From NCBI GenBank assembly GCA_030390025.1, contig CM059453.1, positions 6,448,001-6,512,000 on the forward strand: DNA of 64,000 bases, in the 5' to 3' direction. The DNA is from Squalus acanthias. Lineage: Eukaryota. Positions 34,801 through 46,530 of this stretch are shown one piece after another; within the stretch, counting starts at the first letter, position 1, and every line of letters starts with the position of its first letter. Below the pieces are notes generated by a model that was not told the origin of the DNA, did no database searches, and worked only from the letters and a program-made list of their open reading frames with translations. Made by a program: the position numbers and the translations under genes.

Positions 34801-37800
34801 CTCATTTGAGTATGTAACGCCGATATATAATAATCTAAGCGAAATTGAATTATCTCGATAGATTATAAATCTTACCGCTGTAACTGGTGACCTCGGCGGG
34901 ACTGTAATCCGAATAGATTATATCCAGTGATTTTCCGAGGGTGGGTTGTCGCGTGAATTTAATTTGTCAATTGAGATTTTTACACCAGGGAATCTTGAAT
35001 TATTAATTCCAATTTACGCCAGGATTCAACACAGTAATAAAAGGCTTTTACGCAAGGATCATGAGGTTGGGACAAGTGGAGTACCTAATTTACCATTAGC
35101 TTTGAAACTGAACATAAAGGAAACTTGCTTCCTCACACTCATTAAAGTGCTTCTAAATTGTTGTTTCAACCCAACTTCGTAATGTACATCAATGATTTCT
35201 TCCCCCAACATTTTAGGAATATTATCCACGACAATCGTCCTCATAATAGGAGGTGGAGCCACATGGTTTTTTATTCTAATTGCAGTCGTGCTCACGCTGA
35301 AGATACAAAGGTATGTGTCATTCTTAATTTGATAGAATGGTGTTTTAAAGATGACGCTTTAGGCAAGTGATTATTTTCAGCTCCGGTGTAATCTGGATAA
35401 AGTTTGCAGCATGCTCAAAGAATAGGCGGAGAATCCCTGTCAGTTTGTTTCTGCTGCTAGTTTTAAGGGGCACCCTCACACGAACCTCCTTGCCATGTCA
35501 AGTTCTAAGGACAGTACTGCACAAGAATGATACTTAAATTCTAACAATCAAGCTATTCCAGCAAACAACAAAACAACAAGCAAATAGTAAAAGTCACGTG
35601 ACACATACGTTTACAGTAGCTGTTAAGTTTGTTTGACTCCAGGAGTAGAACATTATATTTCAAAATTGGGTGTGAATGATGTACTAAAGTATGAAACATG
35701 CAATTAGTTATTGTGCCCTTGTTATCCTATTCTTACCAGTGACTTAAGCTATTTGATCTGACTAGCTCTCACTGAAAGCCGTAGACAGACTCCCTTCTTT
35801 TAAAAGGCAGGCTGATAATTACCTTCAGAAATGTGACCGGCTCCCAGTGAATTCAAATAACAACCAGATCGGTTTACAATCTGCTGCCAATCAAATTTAT
35901 CCTTCAACCAATCGGACAGGATGTTTACATTTGAAATCTCTGACGTTGCTCCTCGGATAGGCGCCGCCCCTCAACAGCTAATGATTCGAAAAAAAACGAA
36001 ACAAAATGAGCCAGAACACTCTTGTGAGTGTTGCTAGCTTTTACCGCTTTACGTACCATGATATATTTAAAGAAGGCAATTCCATGTTTAATAATATCAA
36101 CTAATCAATGATCGCAAAATGATTGATGAGGAGTATTGATTTATTCCTGATTTCTAACTCCAATGTGTTGAAGTGTTCTACATAATAATAGAAAGGACTG
36201 TGTTGACACATTGAAACACTTGCATCTGCTATTTACCCAGGTTGAAATCATTAATAAACCTCCCACTGACCGTTATTTATCAAACTCAACTTTCACCTGG
36301 AGCAATCAGCACCGTGCCGTTAACGTATATCATAGATAAAGTAAAATGTTCCCTTTTGAAATGTTGGCTGGTGGAAATTGAAAAGAATTGGTTTTCGGAT
36401 CTGGTCTGTGCTAATCAGGAGAAGTAAAAGCCACAAGGTGCCACATAAAAGTTGGAACACAAGATTAGGACTCATAGGGTTGAGGCTAATATAGTAGCAT
36501 AGATAGAGGGTTCATTAACCGACAGAAAACAGAGAGTTGGGATAAACGAACCTTTTTCAGGTTGGCAGGCTGCAACTAGTGGGGTGCCGCAAGGATCACT
36601 GTTGGGGCCTCAGCAATTTACAATCTATATTAATGACCTAGATGAAGGGACCGAGAGTAATGTATTCAAGTTTGTTGATACAAAGCTAGGTGGGACAGTA
36701 AGCTGTGAGGACAAAACAAAGAGTCTGCAAATGGATATAGATCGATTAAGTGAGTGGGCAGTAAGATGGCAGATGGAGTATAATGTAGGGAAATATGAGG
36801 TTATTCACTTTGGTAGGAAGAATAGAAAAATAGAATATTTTTTAATGGTGAGACAATTTTAAATGTTAGTTGTTCAGAGAGATTTGGCTGTCCTCGTGCA
36901 AGAAAGACAGAAAGCTGGCATGCAGTTACAACAAGCAATAAGGAAGGCAAGTTGCATTTTGGCCTTTATTGCAAGGGGTTTGGAGTATAAGAGTAAGGAA
37001 GTCTTGCTACAATTGTACAGGTACGACCACACCTGGAGAACTGTGCTAAATTTTGGTCTCCTCTAAGAAAGGATATACTTGCCTTCGTGACAGTGCAACG
37101 AAGTTTCATTAGATTGATTCCTGGGATGAAAGGGCTGTCCTATGGTGGGATATTGTGTAGAGTGAGCCGATTCTCTCTGGAGTTTAGAAGAATGAGGTGA
37201 TCTCATTGAAACATACAAGATTTTGAAGGGGATTGACAGGGTAGATGCTGAGAGGTTGTTTCCCCGGGCTGGAGTGTCTAGAAGTCTGGGATTTAGTCTC
37301 AGGATAAGGGGTCGTTCATTTAAGACCGAGATGAGGAGGAATTTCTTCACTCAGAGGGATGTGAATCTTTGGAATTCCCTGACCCAGAGGGCTGTGAATG
37401 CTCATTCTTTGAGTATTTTCAAGACTGAGATAAATACATTTTTGGACTCTGGGAGAGTCAAGGTCTACCGAGATGGGTTGCGAAAACGAAGTTGTGGTCG
37501 ATGATCAGCCATGATCTTATTGAATGGCGGAGCAGGCTTGAGGGTCTCGAATAGCCTACTCCTGCTCCTATTTCTTATGTTCTTATGTTCTTAAGTCTTT
37601 CATGAACTACTGCCGTCCTTCATCGCGCAAGCACCGTGTACTTTCACTAAACATTCCAGTTAATTATGAAAAGTGCCTAATTTGCATATTTTATTGTTCA
37701 GAAAGAAACACGGAGAAGCTGCACGTGTCTCCGAAACACACGATGATTTGGTGATTTACAGTACCGTGCAGAAGGCGCTAAACACTGACGTAAGTGACGC

Positions 37801-40800
37801 CAAGCTGGGCTGCCAATTGTAGGATGTTATGTGCGCTTTCAACCAGCAAATGACTCATCACGGGCATTACCAAAACAGATAAACTGGAGTATCAGAAACT
37901 TGTTGGCCATTAATGGAGGATTAACCGCCTCACGTCGCTAAGCGTGCAACATAGCTACAGACTCTACATGTAGTGACCGACTAAATCCAATTAGGCTGTA
38001 TTCTCACCTTGGCGTTCCTTCAAAAACCAAATTCTTAATATAGGAATGCGTTTCCAATGTCATCTTACCCCCTACGAATTAGGTCTCATCTGTTAAATGC
38101 CCAACAAGCTCACAAAGTGTCAGCGACCCCAGAGGGGATAATCGTTGCCATTCCTCAGGTTTATGTGTAACTCCGATTTGCATCTTGCTGCCGATGTGGG
38201 CCCCATGTTCTCCACCTTTGGGTAAGAAGGTTGTGGCTTCAAGCTTCGCTTCAGCATTTGAACCGCTAATCTGGGCTGAAACTTCATTTCAACACTGAAA
38301 GGTGTGCAGCATTGCCGGAAGACCCGTCCTTTTTTATTAGATGATAAACGAGGCCCCAGTTGTTTCTTGCTATGGAGGGAATCGATCACTTGGTCCTATT
38401 GTGTGGCCGAATGAGAGTTTTCCCAGGGCCCTTACTAACATTTCTCCCTCAATGAACACCAGCTAAAACAGATTAATTCACCATTCATCCAATTAACTGG
38501 TTGCTGCATTTTTCTACAACAGCGGCTGGAATTCAAAATATATTAATTGCATAGCAGTGCGTCAGTCTTAATAATCATAGAATCATACAGCCCAGAAGGA
38601 GCCATTCAGCCGACGGTGTCTTTGCTGGCTCTTTTAAAGAGATATCCAATTAGTTACACTATTCTGCTCTTTGACGGTAGCCTTGATTTGACTTTTTTTT
38701 CCATTTTCACGCTTATATCCAATTCCCTTTTGAAAGTAACTGTTGAATCTGCTGCCACCGACCTACAGGCAGCTCATTCCAGATCACAACTCGCTGAGCT
38801 AAAAAAAAACCTTCTCACCTCCTATTTGGTTATTGTCCCAAATATCTTCAATCTGTGTCCTCTGGTTAGCGACGCTCCTGACAGTGGAATCAGTCTCTGC
38901 TTAATTTTGGATCAAAATTCTGCAGAATTTTGGATCAAAATTCTGCAGAATTTTGATCACCAATGTCTAATCTCCCTTTTATATTCTCTACACTCAGGAG
39001 AACAACCCCAGTTTCGCTGGATTCTCTGTTTCAGTTCAGTCCCTAATTCCTCCTATAATTCTAGTAAATTTGCTCTGCACCCTCGCTAATTCATTGACAT
39101 CCCTTCGACAGTGTTATGCAAGGAATTGGACACAATTCCTCAGCCGAGGCCTAACAACTGATGTATAAAGGTTCAGCGTCTTTTCCTTGTCTTCATAATC
39201 TGTAGCTGAATTTATAAAAACCCGGATCAAGTATTCTATTTAGAAGCCTTAGAATCCTTTTACAGTACAAAAGGCGGATATTCGTCCCGTTGTACCTGTG
39301 CCGGCTCTTTGAAAGAGGTTTCCAATTTAGTCCCACACCCCAGCCTTATCGAGTCTTCCGGATATACAATGGCACGTTCTTTATTTCTTGCACCAAGACT
39401 TAACAACGCTCGTCTCATGGATCAGGGCCATTATAATACTTACCAGGCATAAAAGAGTTAGATTTTTTTGGTGCAGACAGCACACTGCCATTGCATTTAG
39501 GTCCATATTTTTTTAATTCGTTTATGGGATGTGGGCCACGATGGCAAGGCCAGCATTTATTGACCATCTCTAATTACCCTTGAGAATGTGGTGGTGAGCC
39601 GCCTTCTTGAACCGCTGCAGTCCATGGGTTGAAGGCAGTCCCACAGTGCTGTTAGGGAGGGAGTTCCAGGATTTTGACCCATCGACGATGAAGGATCGGC
39701 GATATACTTCTAAGTGAGGAGGGAAACCTGGAGGTGGTGGTTTCCCATGCGCCTGCTGCCCTTGTCCTTCTAGGTGGAAGAGGTCGCGTGTTTGGGAGGT
39801 GCAGCTGAAGAAGCCTTGGTGAATTTCTGCAGTGCATCCTGTAGATCGTATACACTGCAACCACAGTACGCTAGTGGTTGAGGGGGTGAATGTTTAAGTA
39901 AGTGCATGGGGTGCCAATCAAGCGGGCTGCTTTGTCCTGGATGGTGTCGAGCTTCTTGAGTGTTGTTGGAGCTGCACTCATCCAGGCAAGTGGAGAATAT
40001 TCCATCGCACTCCTGACTTGTGCCTTGTAGATGGCGCAAAGGCTTTGGGGAGTCAGGAGGTGAGACAATCGCATAAAAATACCTAGCCTCTGACCTGCTC
40101 TTCTTACCATGTATCTGCAATAGCCCTGTTGTGGAGTATTTTAAACCAACACTCGACACAAGGGTTTAGATCGATAGTCAAGTTGTCTTTATTTTACCGT
40201 TGGGGAATCAGTCTGCTCTGTCCTAGCCAGACTTCTCCCAATTGTTACAGCAAAAACTACATTTTTATACAATTCAATACACATGACCATCTCATGCACA
40301 ATTTATTCCTGCCACCTGATTGGATCTTGGCCCGCATGTACCTTCACGGATTGGTTACGAATCTTAATATAAGCATGTATAAGCTGCCTCTTCAATCAAT
40401 CACTCAAACTGCTGAATTCCAATTAAAAGATACTTTGGAATGCGACCTAGATAATAAAGTTCTTATGGGCAGTTGAAATGCTGGACATCCTGTCTCTATT
40501 TAATTGTTTAATATCTCTCCAAAGGTCAGCTATCGTTGACCACATCTTTATAGATGTGGCCCTTCATGTCAGCCCCTGCCTTTTTACACTATTCAGTGAA
40601 ACTGCCAGCAATGTCATTTTAACTCTTTCCCCACTGCAGATCCACATCTAATCCAAATGCCTTCCGTTATAGAGGGGCCATCAGTGTACAGAGGCTGGTC
40701 GTGGCGCCGCACAATCGACTAAACCAGCTCAGAGTGAAGAGATTGTGTACGCGACCGTCAATTTCTCAAACTTCGGCAAACATGATCAATATATTCAAAA

Positions 40801-40846
40801 TGAGGAGACCTGCGAATATGCAGCAAGGAAACATAAGTGGAAGTAA
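22806..40846 (+). CDS. Siglec/MAG-like (CD33-related-type) inhibitory Ig receptor, 8 coding exons, 545 aa: join(22806..22848,23472..23852,26931..27242,32919..33176,34105..34392,35217..35310,37702..37789,40673..40846)
   Basis: All introns are GT..AG with compatible phases (1,1,1,1,1,2,0). Exons total 1638 nt with no internal stop. The V-set has the Siglec Cys pattern (GSCAEIPCKF..W..QCSLLIKDI..DEGAYQF); Ig2 has CSVTHNCP; the last Ig domain resembles MAG Ig5 (C-x8-C-x-C..NP). A hydrophobic TM and the ITIMs VIYSTV and IVYATV follow. Confidence 0.88.
23472..23852 (+). CDS. Siglec-like gene, V-set Ig domain exon
   Basis: Acceptor ttttctcag and donor ttag|gtgagt. Translates as AFCSVQCSVVMPKVVSAVLGSCAEIPCKF...YSGRAEFKGNLEKRQCSLLIKDIRKSDEGAYQFI...VFLSVL. 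Confidence 0.93.
23910..24430 (-). mobile_element. CR1 LINE 3' end in intron 2
   Basis: catagagtcatagag tail; TQRVVRSWNLLP..VVEA motif. Confidence 0.85.
25841..25878 (+). ncRNA. Minimal type I hammerhead ribozyme motif in a Penelope-like repeat
   Basis: tcac-CTGACGA-a-ggtgc-agca-gctcc-GAAA-gctt-gtga: core boxes, stem I (tcac/gtga), stem II with one mismatch and palindromic stem III AAGCTT. Confidence 0.6.
26931..27242 (+). CDS. Siglec-like gene, Ig domain 2 (C2-set) exon
   Basis: Acceptor tttttatag and donor aaat|gtaagt. EKPEILGYGELTAGQTARMTCSVTHNCP...W...FTPSSANDGNILGC is typical of Siglec domain 2, including the inter-domain Cys. Confidence 0.92.
27247..32330 (-). mobile_element. Near-full-length, decayed CR1 LINE (5'UTR, ORF1, ORF2) in intron 3
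   Basis: ORF1 zinc finger (VECSSCAMWE..HMCRKCLQL) plus SGNH-esterase motifs (VHIGNND, DGLHLN). ORF2 has the endonuclease region and RT motifs (GVPQGSVLGP, KFADDTK); 3' octamer tail at 27247. Confidence 0.92.
28032..28638 (+). mobile_element. 5'-truncated CR1 nested in opposite orientation inside the intron-3 CR1
   Basis: LYRALVRPHLKYCVQFWSP motif and (tttctatg)n tail. Flanked by aaatg on both sides; host ORF2 resumes across it. Confidence 0.88.
32919..33176 (+). CDS. Siglec-like gene, Ig domain 3 exon
   Basis: Acceptor tgtttcag and donor ctat|gtaagt. VEGTSLLLYCTAWGKPQVSLRWVKNG...DDNEYWCIAENALG shows the canonical Ig C-W-YxC pattern. Confidence 0.92.
34105..34392 (+). CDS. Siglec-like gene, membrane-proximal Ig domain 4 exon (MAG Ig5-like)
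   Basis: Acceptor ttttttctag and donor aagg|gtacgt. Translates as YKPTILIGPTCTSSEYWTNCSCRIRANPPGNITWSLNG...IACVAANEHG. Confidence 0.9.
35217..35310 (+). CDS. Siglec-like gene, transmembrane exon
   Basis: Acceptor cattttag and donor aaag|gtatgt. GILSTTIVLIIGGGATWFFILIAVVLTLKIQ has no charged residue within the TM helix. Confidence 0.87.
36430..37592 (+). mobile_element. CR1 LINE 3' portion in intron 6
   Basis: PQGSLLGP and KFVDTKLGG RT remnants; (ttcttatg)n tail. Confidence 0.9.
37702..37789 (+). CDS. Siglec-like gene, first cytoplasmic exon with ITIM VIYSTV
   Basis: Acceptor ttattgttcag and donor tgac|gtaagt. Translates as RKKHGEAARVSETHDDLVIYSTVQKALNTD; phases fit both neighbouring exons. 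Confidence 0.82.
38575..39350 (-). mobile_element. Old CR1 3' fragments
   Basis: atcatagaatcatacag tail and decayed 3' ORF2 sequence. Confidence 0.65.
39505..40110 (-). mobile_element. CR1/L2-group LINE 3' end
   Basis: IYKAQVRSAMEYSPLAWMSAAPTTLKKLDTIQDKAARLIG and SWNSLPNS motifs. The 3' tail is shared with the MER131-like SINEs. Confidence 0.82.
40673..40846 (+). CDS. Siglec-like gene, terminal exon with ITIM IVYATV and degenerate distal motif CEYAAR
   Basis: Acceptor cttccgttatag. Translates as RGHQCTEAGRGAAQSTKPAQSEEIVYATVNFSNFGKHDQYIQNEETCEYAARKHKWK*. Homologous to 53495-53662 on the minus strand. Confidence 0.86.
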   Translation, partial: RGHQCTEAGRGAAQSTKPAQSEEIVYATVNFSNFGKHDQYIQNEETCEYAARKHKWK

Positions 40847-40915
40847 ACAGGAGTTATACTGTCAGCGCGGATGGTCTTGAAACTGACAATACTTTAAAAA
40901 CACCTGATGACATAA

Positions 40916-41023
40916 AATAAATCAAACATTGTATTGAAATAAGGATTATGAGAATGGCGATCGTTGAGAAAATCGGTCCCATGTTTTGATTTAAGTTCTC
41001 CAAGTGGAGTTCATTGAAATAAA
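40916..41023 (+). terminator. Candidate polyadenylation signals of the Siglec-like gene
   Basis: AATAAA at 40916-40921 and 41018-41023, downstream of the stop codon. Confidence 0.5.
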
Positions 41024-41219
41024 GTTGAGAGTGTGAATTTTTCATCAATGTAACTTTTCAATTTTTTAACATCTATTCTTTGAAAATAACTGTCTTACAA
41101 ACCACAGCTAACATCGTCTCTGTCTGTTAATCTACTGTAATCCATTGACCCGCAGTAGGAACCCTCACAACCGTGTACCAGTTTGCCAAAAAAGCTTGCA
41201 ATGAAACACCAGAGACAAT

Positions 41220-41987
41220 GGCCCTGAATTTCCGTTCGGAGGCTTCCTGCGGCGGAGGCCTCCGATCGGAAAAAAATCTACGAACTTACCTGCACTTTCC
41301 GTAGATACCGAGGCTTGCGATCCTAGACCTCTCCTCTTCGAAATGCGCAGAAGCCCACGTATCCCAGGTCGCATGCCGTTCCCAAGCGCCCCTGCGATCA
41401 CGTGGGCCAGGCGAACCAATGGAAGAAGGGAATCCCCTTCACACATTTGACAATTGCGTCCGCACAGAACTGCCAAATGTATAAATGGGGATGACTACAA
41501 AAATGCACCAACACACTGAAATAAATAAATAAAAACCATTACATTTATAACATTAATTAAAATGCAGTATTATTAAATATTTTAAACAGAAATTTAATTT
41601 TTGGAAAAATAAATTTAAATGTTTTAAAGAAGCTAAAACTAACCTTACATTATTGCAAATGTTTTTAATGTTTAAGTGATTGAAAAAAATAATTGTAAAG
41701 TTATTTTAAACTCTTATGCTAGTAAAATCAGGCCTGACTCCGGCTTTTACTAGGCGTAAGAATTATACGGCCTTTCAGTGGGCGGAGGTTGTGCAAAAAG
41801 CGCAACACTCCACCCGCGGTGTCCCTTCTCCAGTGGATGCGGAGGATCTGTCAAGAAGATTCTTGGCAGACAACAAGTGTCCGGCATTAGCGCATGCGCC
41901 TCTCATGTCTGAACCCGTCACTTGCGCGGCCACTACAGGTGCGTACTCATCTCGTACTCACCTGCAGGGGTCGGCAATTTCGGCCCC
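41220..41987. mobile_element. MITE with imperfect terminal inverted repeats
   Basis: ggccctgaatttccg ... cggcaatttcggcccc termini, AT-rich centre and no credible ORF. Confidence 0.7.
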
Positions 41988-42209
41988 TAAACTTTACTTA
42001 CTGGTGCGCCTAAAAAGCAGGTGCTTATTTAAAGAGATCCTTAAGGCAAAGCGCCTCTTTACATCAGCGTATTGGCATATCTAAGGCTGAAATAAAACAT
42101 TTAAAAATCCAAAATTATGCACATGCACTGTATTAAATGAGTGTATGCAGACATCGGCCCGATTACAGTTTTAATGATGGATGAAATTATCAAATAATAT
42201 TTTTTTATT

Positions 42210-42978
42210 GGCCCTGATTTTGCGGTCGGAGGCATACTTCCGGAGTACACCTCTCACCTGCGAAATATTTCCGAACTTACCCTTTGGCTCCACAGCTACG
42301 GAGAGTTCGGATGCTGGGATTCCCAGCGTACGCCTGCGAACAGCTAAAGGATGCCAGGGACGCAGACGGTCCGGAAGCGTCACTGGGATCACGTGGGCCG
42401 AGTCCTCCAATCAGAATGGGGGATTCCATTGCAGTCATTTACGAATGGAATCCGCTAATGATATGCAAGGGAAGCCATAAATAATTAGACAATTCAGACA
42501 ATTCAATAAATATAAATGTTCTGTTTTTCAAATTTAATTAAAAGTCTTCTCAATCACACCAAATGCAGCAAAAAAATATTTTTTGAAAAATAATTTTAAA
42601 CATTTAAGCTGGGCCAATATTTGCATAAACTAATTGTAATTGTTTGTGCATCATTTTTTGTTTTTTAATTTTTAAATCATGATTTATATTAACCGCTACT
42701 CTAGTGAAAGCAGACACTACGCATTCTTTAACAGCCATCAGTGTTTCGTGGGCAATTGTTGGGCAGTAGTTGGGCAAATAGCCCAACTGTGCGCCAGCGA
42801 ATAGGATTTCTCCCTCGGTTCTTTCGATTTCTCAAGGCGTACCTGGACAGATCGCAAGGTCCTGATTTGCACGCCTGCGCAACACATGATTAGACCCGGA
42901 ATTTGCGGGGCCCAAACTGAAGGATTAGGATGGCATAGGCTGAGCGTATGCCGTCAAAGACACCGTAAATTTTGGCCC
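42210..42978. mobile_element. Related MITE; partial copies at about 43040-43320 (inverted) and 46585-46860
   Basis: ggccctgattttgcggt ... accgtaaattttggccc termini with the same architecture. Confidence 0.7.
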
Positions 42979-44319
42979 ATTGAGTTTGGTGGAATGAAGG
43001 TAATTAGGATTAAAATTCCAATTCTGTTAACTGTATATATTTTACATTTCGGGATTCCCTTGCATATCATTAGCGGATTCCCTTCGTAAATGACTGCAAT
43101 GGAAATCTCCTTTTTCATTGGAGGACCAAGTCCATGTGATCCTAGGTACGCTTCCGCACTGCCTGTGCCCCTTGGATCTGTGGGCCATTCCGCTGCCCTC
43201 CGCCATGAGGCCCGAGACCGCAACATTTCGCAGCCTGCCCGCCAACAGGTGATTTCGCAATTGTTTGGCGGGTCGGAAGCGTACTCTGGAGGTACACCTC
43301 CAGCCTCAAATTCCAGCCCACCATTTATTTCGAAGTATTTGATTTCAGCCTCCATTGTGCATCTGGACAGAAAAAAATCACAGGATCTGTTAATCTGTTT
43401 TCCGCTCACTCACGACAACAGGTGAGTTTCTGCTTTATTTTTGAAGATTTAATTCGCTCCAATCAGGCTCCGCCCACATCGCTGGCCATGCACCCAGGTG
43501 AAACTGCGGGAGGGTGTAATTACAGTTTGATCAGTTCACACAGACAGGTTCCATTCGAAATGAGGGCACAGGAACTTATGCTGGAAAATGTTGACTTTAA
43601 TTGCATCAGATGCATTTTTAAAATATTTTATTATTCGATTTTGCCAGTCACTCGACGCGTGGCAGGTCAGAGATTGCGGTCTCTATTACGTGTCGCTGAA
43701 GACTTCTCATTGCCATTTTGCCCCCTCTATTTTCTCTTTCGCTTCTGTCACTCTCTCGTTCACTCGTTCTTTGATCCCTTGTGCTTCTCACCAATTAACT
43801 CTTTCCACTTTTGTCTTGCCCCCGACTGATTCTCTATATTTCTGTAACTTTCTTATTTCCTTTCAATGTCATTGGTATTGCATGATGCGGTGCGGAAAAT
43901 AGTCACCAGTGCCTGTATGATGAATTTGTCCTGTCAAATTCAGGGAAAATGCGGCAGCGCCAACGCCCTTCCCACCTGTTCCCCAATCATTTATGCATCC
44001 CCAATCTCCTCAATCCAATCAAATCGCTTATCCCGTCAAATTCCCACTACTCCCTCACGTTTCTATAATTACCACAAGACTAGAATTACTCGTAACTCTA
44101 GCAAATTAACTTGTTCCTTTGGTAACTGTCCCTTCACTACAATAGTTTTTCATAAGGGTAAAATCGGAGCTCCATCTCTTCAGCTTGTTTTCCGAGTCTC
44201 CTTTCCCTCACGTTCCTATCCTCCTTTCCTCTTTCTTCCCCTCAAAGATGCATTGTTTGTTTTCAAAATAAAACTTTTTTTCTTATTCAAGGAAATTACC
44301 TTACAATATGGAAGTTAAG

Positions 44320-44823
44320 CAGACAGACAACCAACGATAGATAAATAGGTAGAGGGATNNNNNNNNNNNNNNNNNNNNNNNNNNNNNNNNNNNNNNNNNN
44401 NNNNNNNNNNNNNNNNNNNNNNNNNNNNNNNNNNNNNNNNNNNNNNNNNNNNNNNNNNNNNNNNNNNNNNNNNNNNNNNNNNNNNNNNNNNNNNNNNNNN
44501 NNNNNNNNNNNNNNNNNNNNNNNNNNNNNNNNNNNNNNNNNNNNNNNNNNNNNNNNNNNNNNNNNNNNNNNNNNNNNNNNNNNNNNNNNTAGATGGACAG
44601 ATAGACAGACAGATAATTTGACAGATAGACAGAAAGATAGATAGNNNNNNNNNNNNNNNNNNNNNNNNNNNNNNNNNNNNNNNNNNNNNNNNNNNNNNNN
44701 NNNNNNNNNNNNNNNNNNNNNNNNNNNNNNNNNNNNNNNNNNNNNNNNNNNNNNNNNNNNNNNNNNNNNNNNNNNNNNNNNNNNNNNNNNNNNNNNNNNN
44801 NNNNNNNNNNNNNNNNNNNNNNN
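44320..44823. repeat. GATA/GACA microsatellite with N-runs (44359-44589, 44645-44823)
   Basis: agatagacagacagata units flank and separate the N blocks. Confidence 0.85.
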
Positions 44824-45362
44824 TATATCATCAATTACACACCGACACAAAAGTGAAGCTGTGGCTTCTATCTTAAACTGATTAATATTAATGGACAGTC
44901 GAATTACAACGGCCGAGCTCATGTTAATAATCTACGCCGATGTCTTTTCAATGTGCTGTTTAGAATTCGTACGCTATTCTGACAGAGTGACATCTCAATA
45001 CTAGTTTCTCCCTTGTATCGATTCTCAGAGTTTCAAGTTGTCTATGTTTTTAAAATTCGTACGATATTATCACACAGTATTAATGTGAGGCTAGTAAATT
45101 ATTCATGCACAACTATCACACCGTGCCATTTAAAATCAGTCCTGTATTTGTACATGGTCAAACAATATAATTTAAAGGCTGAAAAATGTCCCTCTCTTAT
45201 CATGCAAACAAAACTCGCTTAACCAAAGAGATGAATTACATCTGTTCTCCTTGAATGAAACTTTGAGCTCTTCGATTCTCATTTTGACTATACATGAATC
45301 CTGGACTGCTGCATGTTGGAAATAGAGAACCAGCAATAAACTAATGCGGATATTGTCGATTA

Positions 45363-46530
45363 TAAGAACATAAGAACATAAGAAATAGGAGCAGGAGTAG
45401 GCCAATCGGCCACTCGAGCCTGCTCCGCCATTCAATAAGATCATGGCTGATCTGATCCTTACCTCAAATCTAAAGAACACAAGAAGTAGGAGCAGGACAC
45501 GGCCACTCAGCCCCTGGGCCCGCTCCGCCACCCACAGGGCCCTGACCGATCCGAACTCAGCCTCATGTCCAATTTCCTGCCCGCTCCCCGTAACCCCTAA
45601 TTCCCTTTACTTCTGGGAAAGTATCTATTTATGTTTTAAATGTATTTAATGATGTAGCTTCCACAGCTTCCTGGGGCAGCAAATTCCACAGACCTACTAC
45701 CCTCTGAGTGAAGAAGTTTCTCCTGATCTCAGTTTTGAAAGAGAAGCCCCTTATTCAAAGATTATACCCCCTAGTTCTAGTTTCACCCACCCTTGGGAAC
45801 ATCCTTACCGCATCCACCCGATCAAGCCCCTTCACAATGTTATATGTTTTAGTAAGATCGCCTCTCATTCTTCTGAACTACATTGAGTAGAGTCCCAATC
45901 TACTCAACCTCTCCTCATATGTCCACCCCCTCATCCCCGGGATTAACCGAGTGAACCTTCTTTGTACTGCCTCGAGAGCAAGTATGTCTTTTCTTAAGTA
46001 TGGCCACCAAAACTGTATGCAGTATTGCAGGTGCGGTCTCACCAATACCTTATATAACTGCAGCAATACCTCCCTGTTTTTATAATCTATCCCCCTAGCA
46101 ATAAAAGCCAACATTCCGTTGGCCTTCTTGATCACCTGCTGCACCTGCATACTACCTTTTTGATTTTCTTGCACTAGGAACCCCAGATCCCTTTTTACTG
46201 TAGTACTTTCCCGTTTCTCACCATTAAGATAATAACTTGCTCTCTCTAAGTTTTACTTCCAAAGTGCACAACCTTACATTTTCCAATATATTATTGCATC
46301 TGCCAAATCTCCGCCCACTCACCCAGCCTGTCTATATCCCCTTGTAGGTTTTTTATGTCCTCCTCACTTTCTACTTTCCCTCCCATCTTTGTATCATCTG
46401 CAAACTTTGATATGTTACACTCGGTCCCCTCCACCAAATCGTTAATATAGATTGTAAAGAGTTGGGGACCAGCACCGACCCCTGCGGAACACCACTGGCT
46501 ACTGGTTGCCAGTCCGAGAATGAACCAATA
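45363..46530 (-). mobile_element. CR1 LINE 3' portion with a duplicated 3' terminus
   Basis: LYKVLVRPHLQYCIQFW motif; (aagaacat)n tail at 45363 and a second tail-like unit at about 45473. Confidence 0.88.

Noticed and set aside
40640-40672. Alternative acceptor ccactgcag for the last exon
   Set aside because: In phase 0 it reads ATC CAC ATC TAA, an immediate stop. The 40673 acceptor matches the paralogue.
22806-40846. Calling the gene MAG, CD22 or SIGLEC15
   Set aside because: It has four Ig domains, lacks the essential Arg, appears too divergent from conserved MAG and has local paralogues. Orthology cannot be assigned without a phylogeny.
44296-44922. Long ORFs of 208 and 177 aa
   Set aside because: They span N-runs and a microsatellite.
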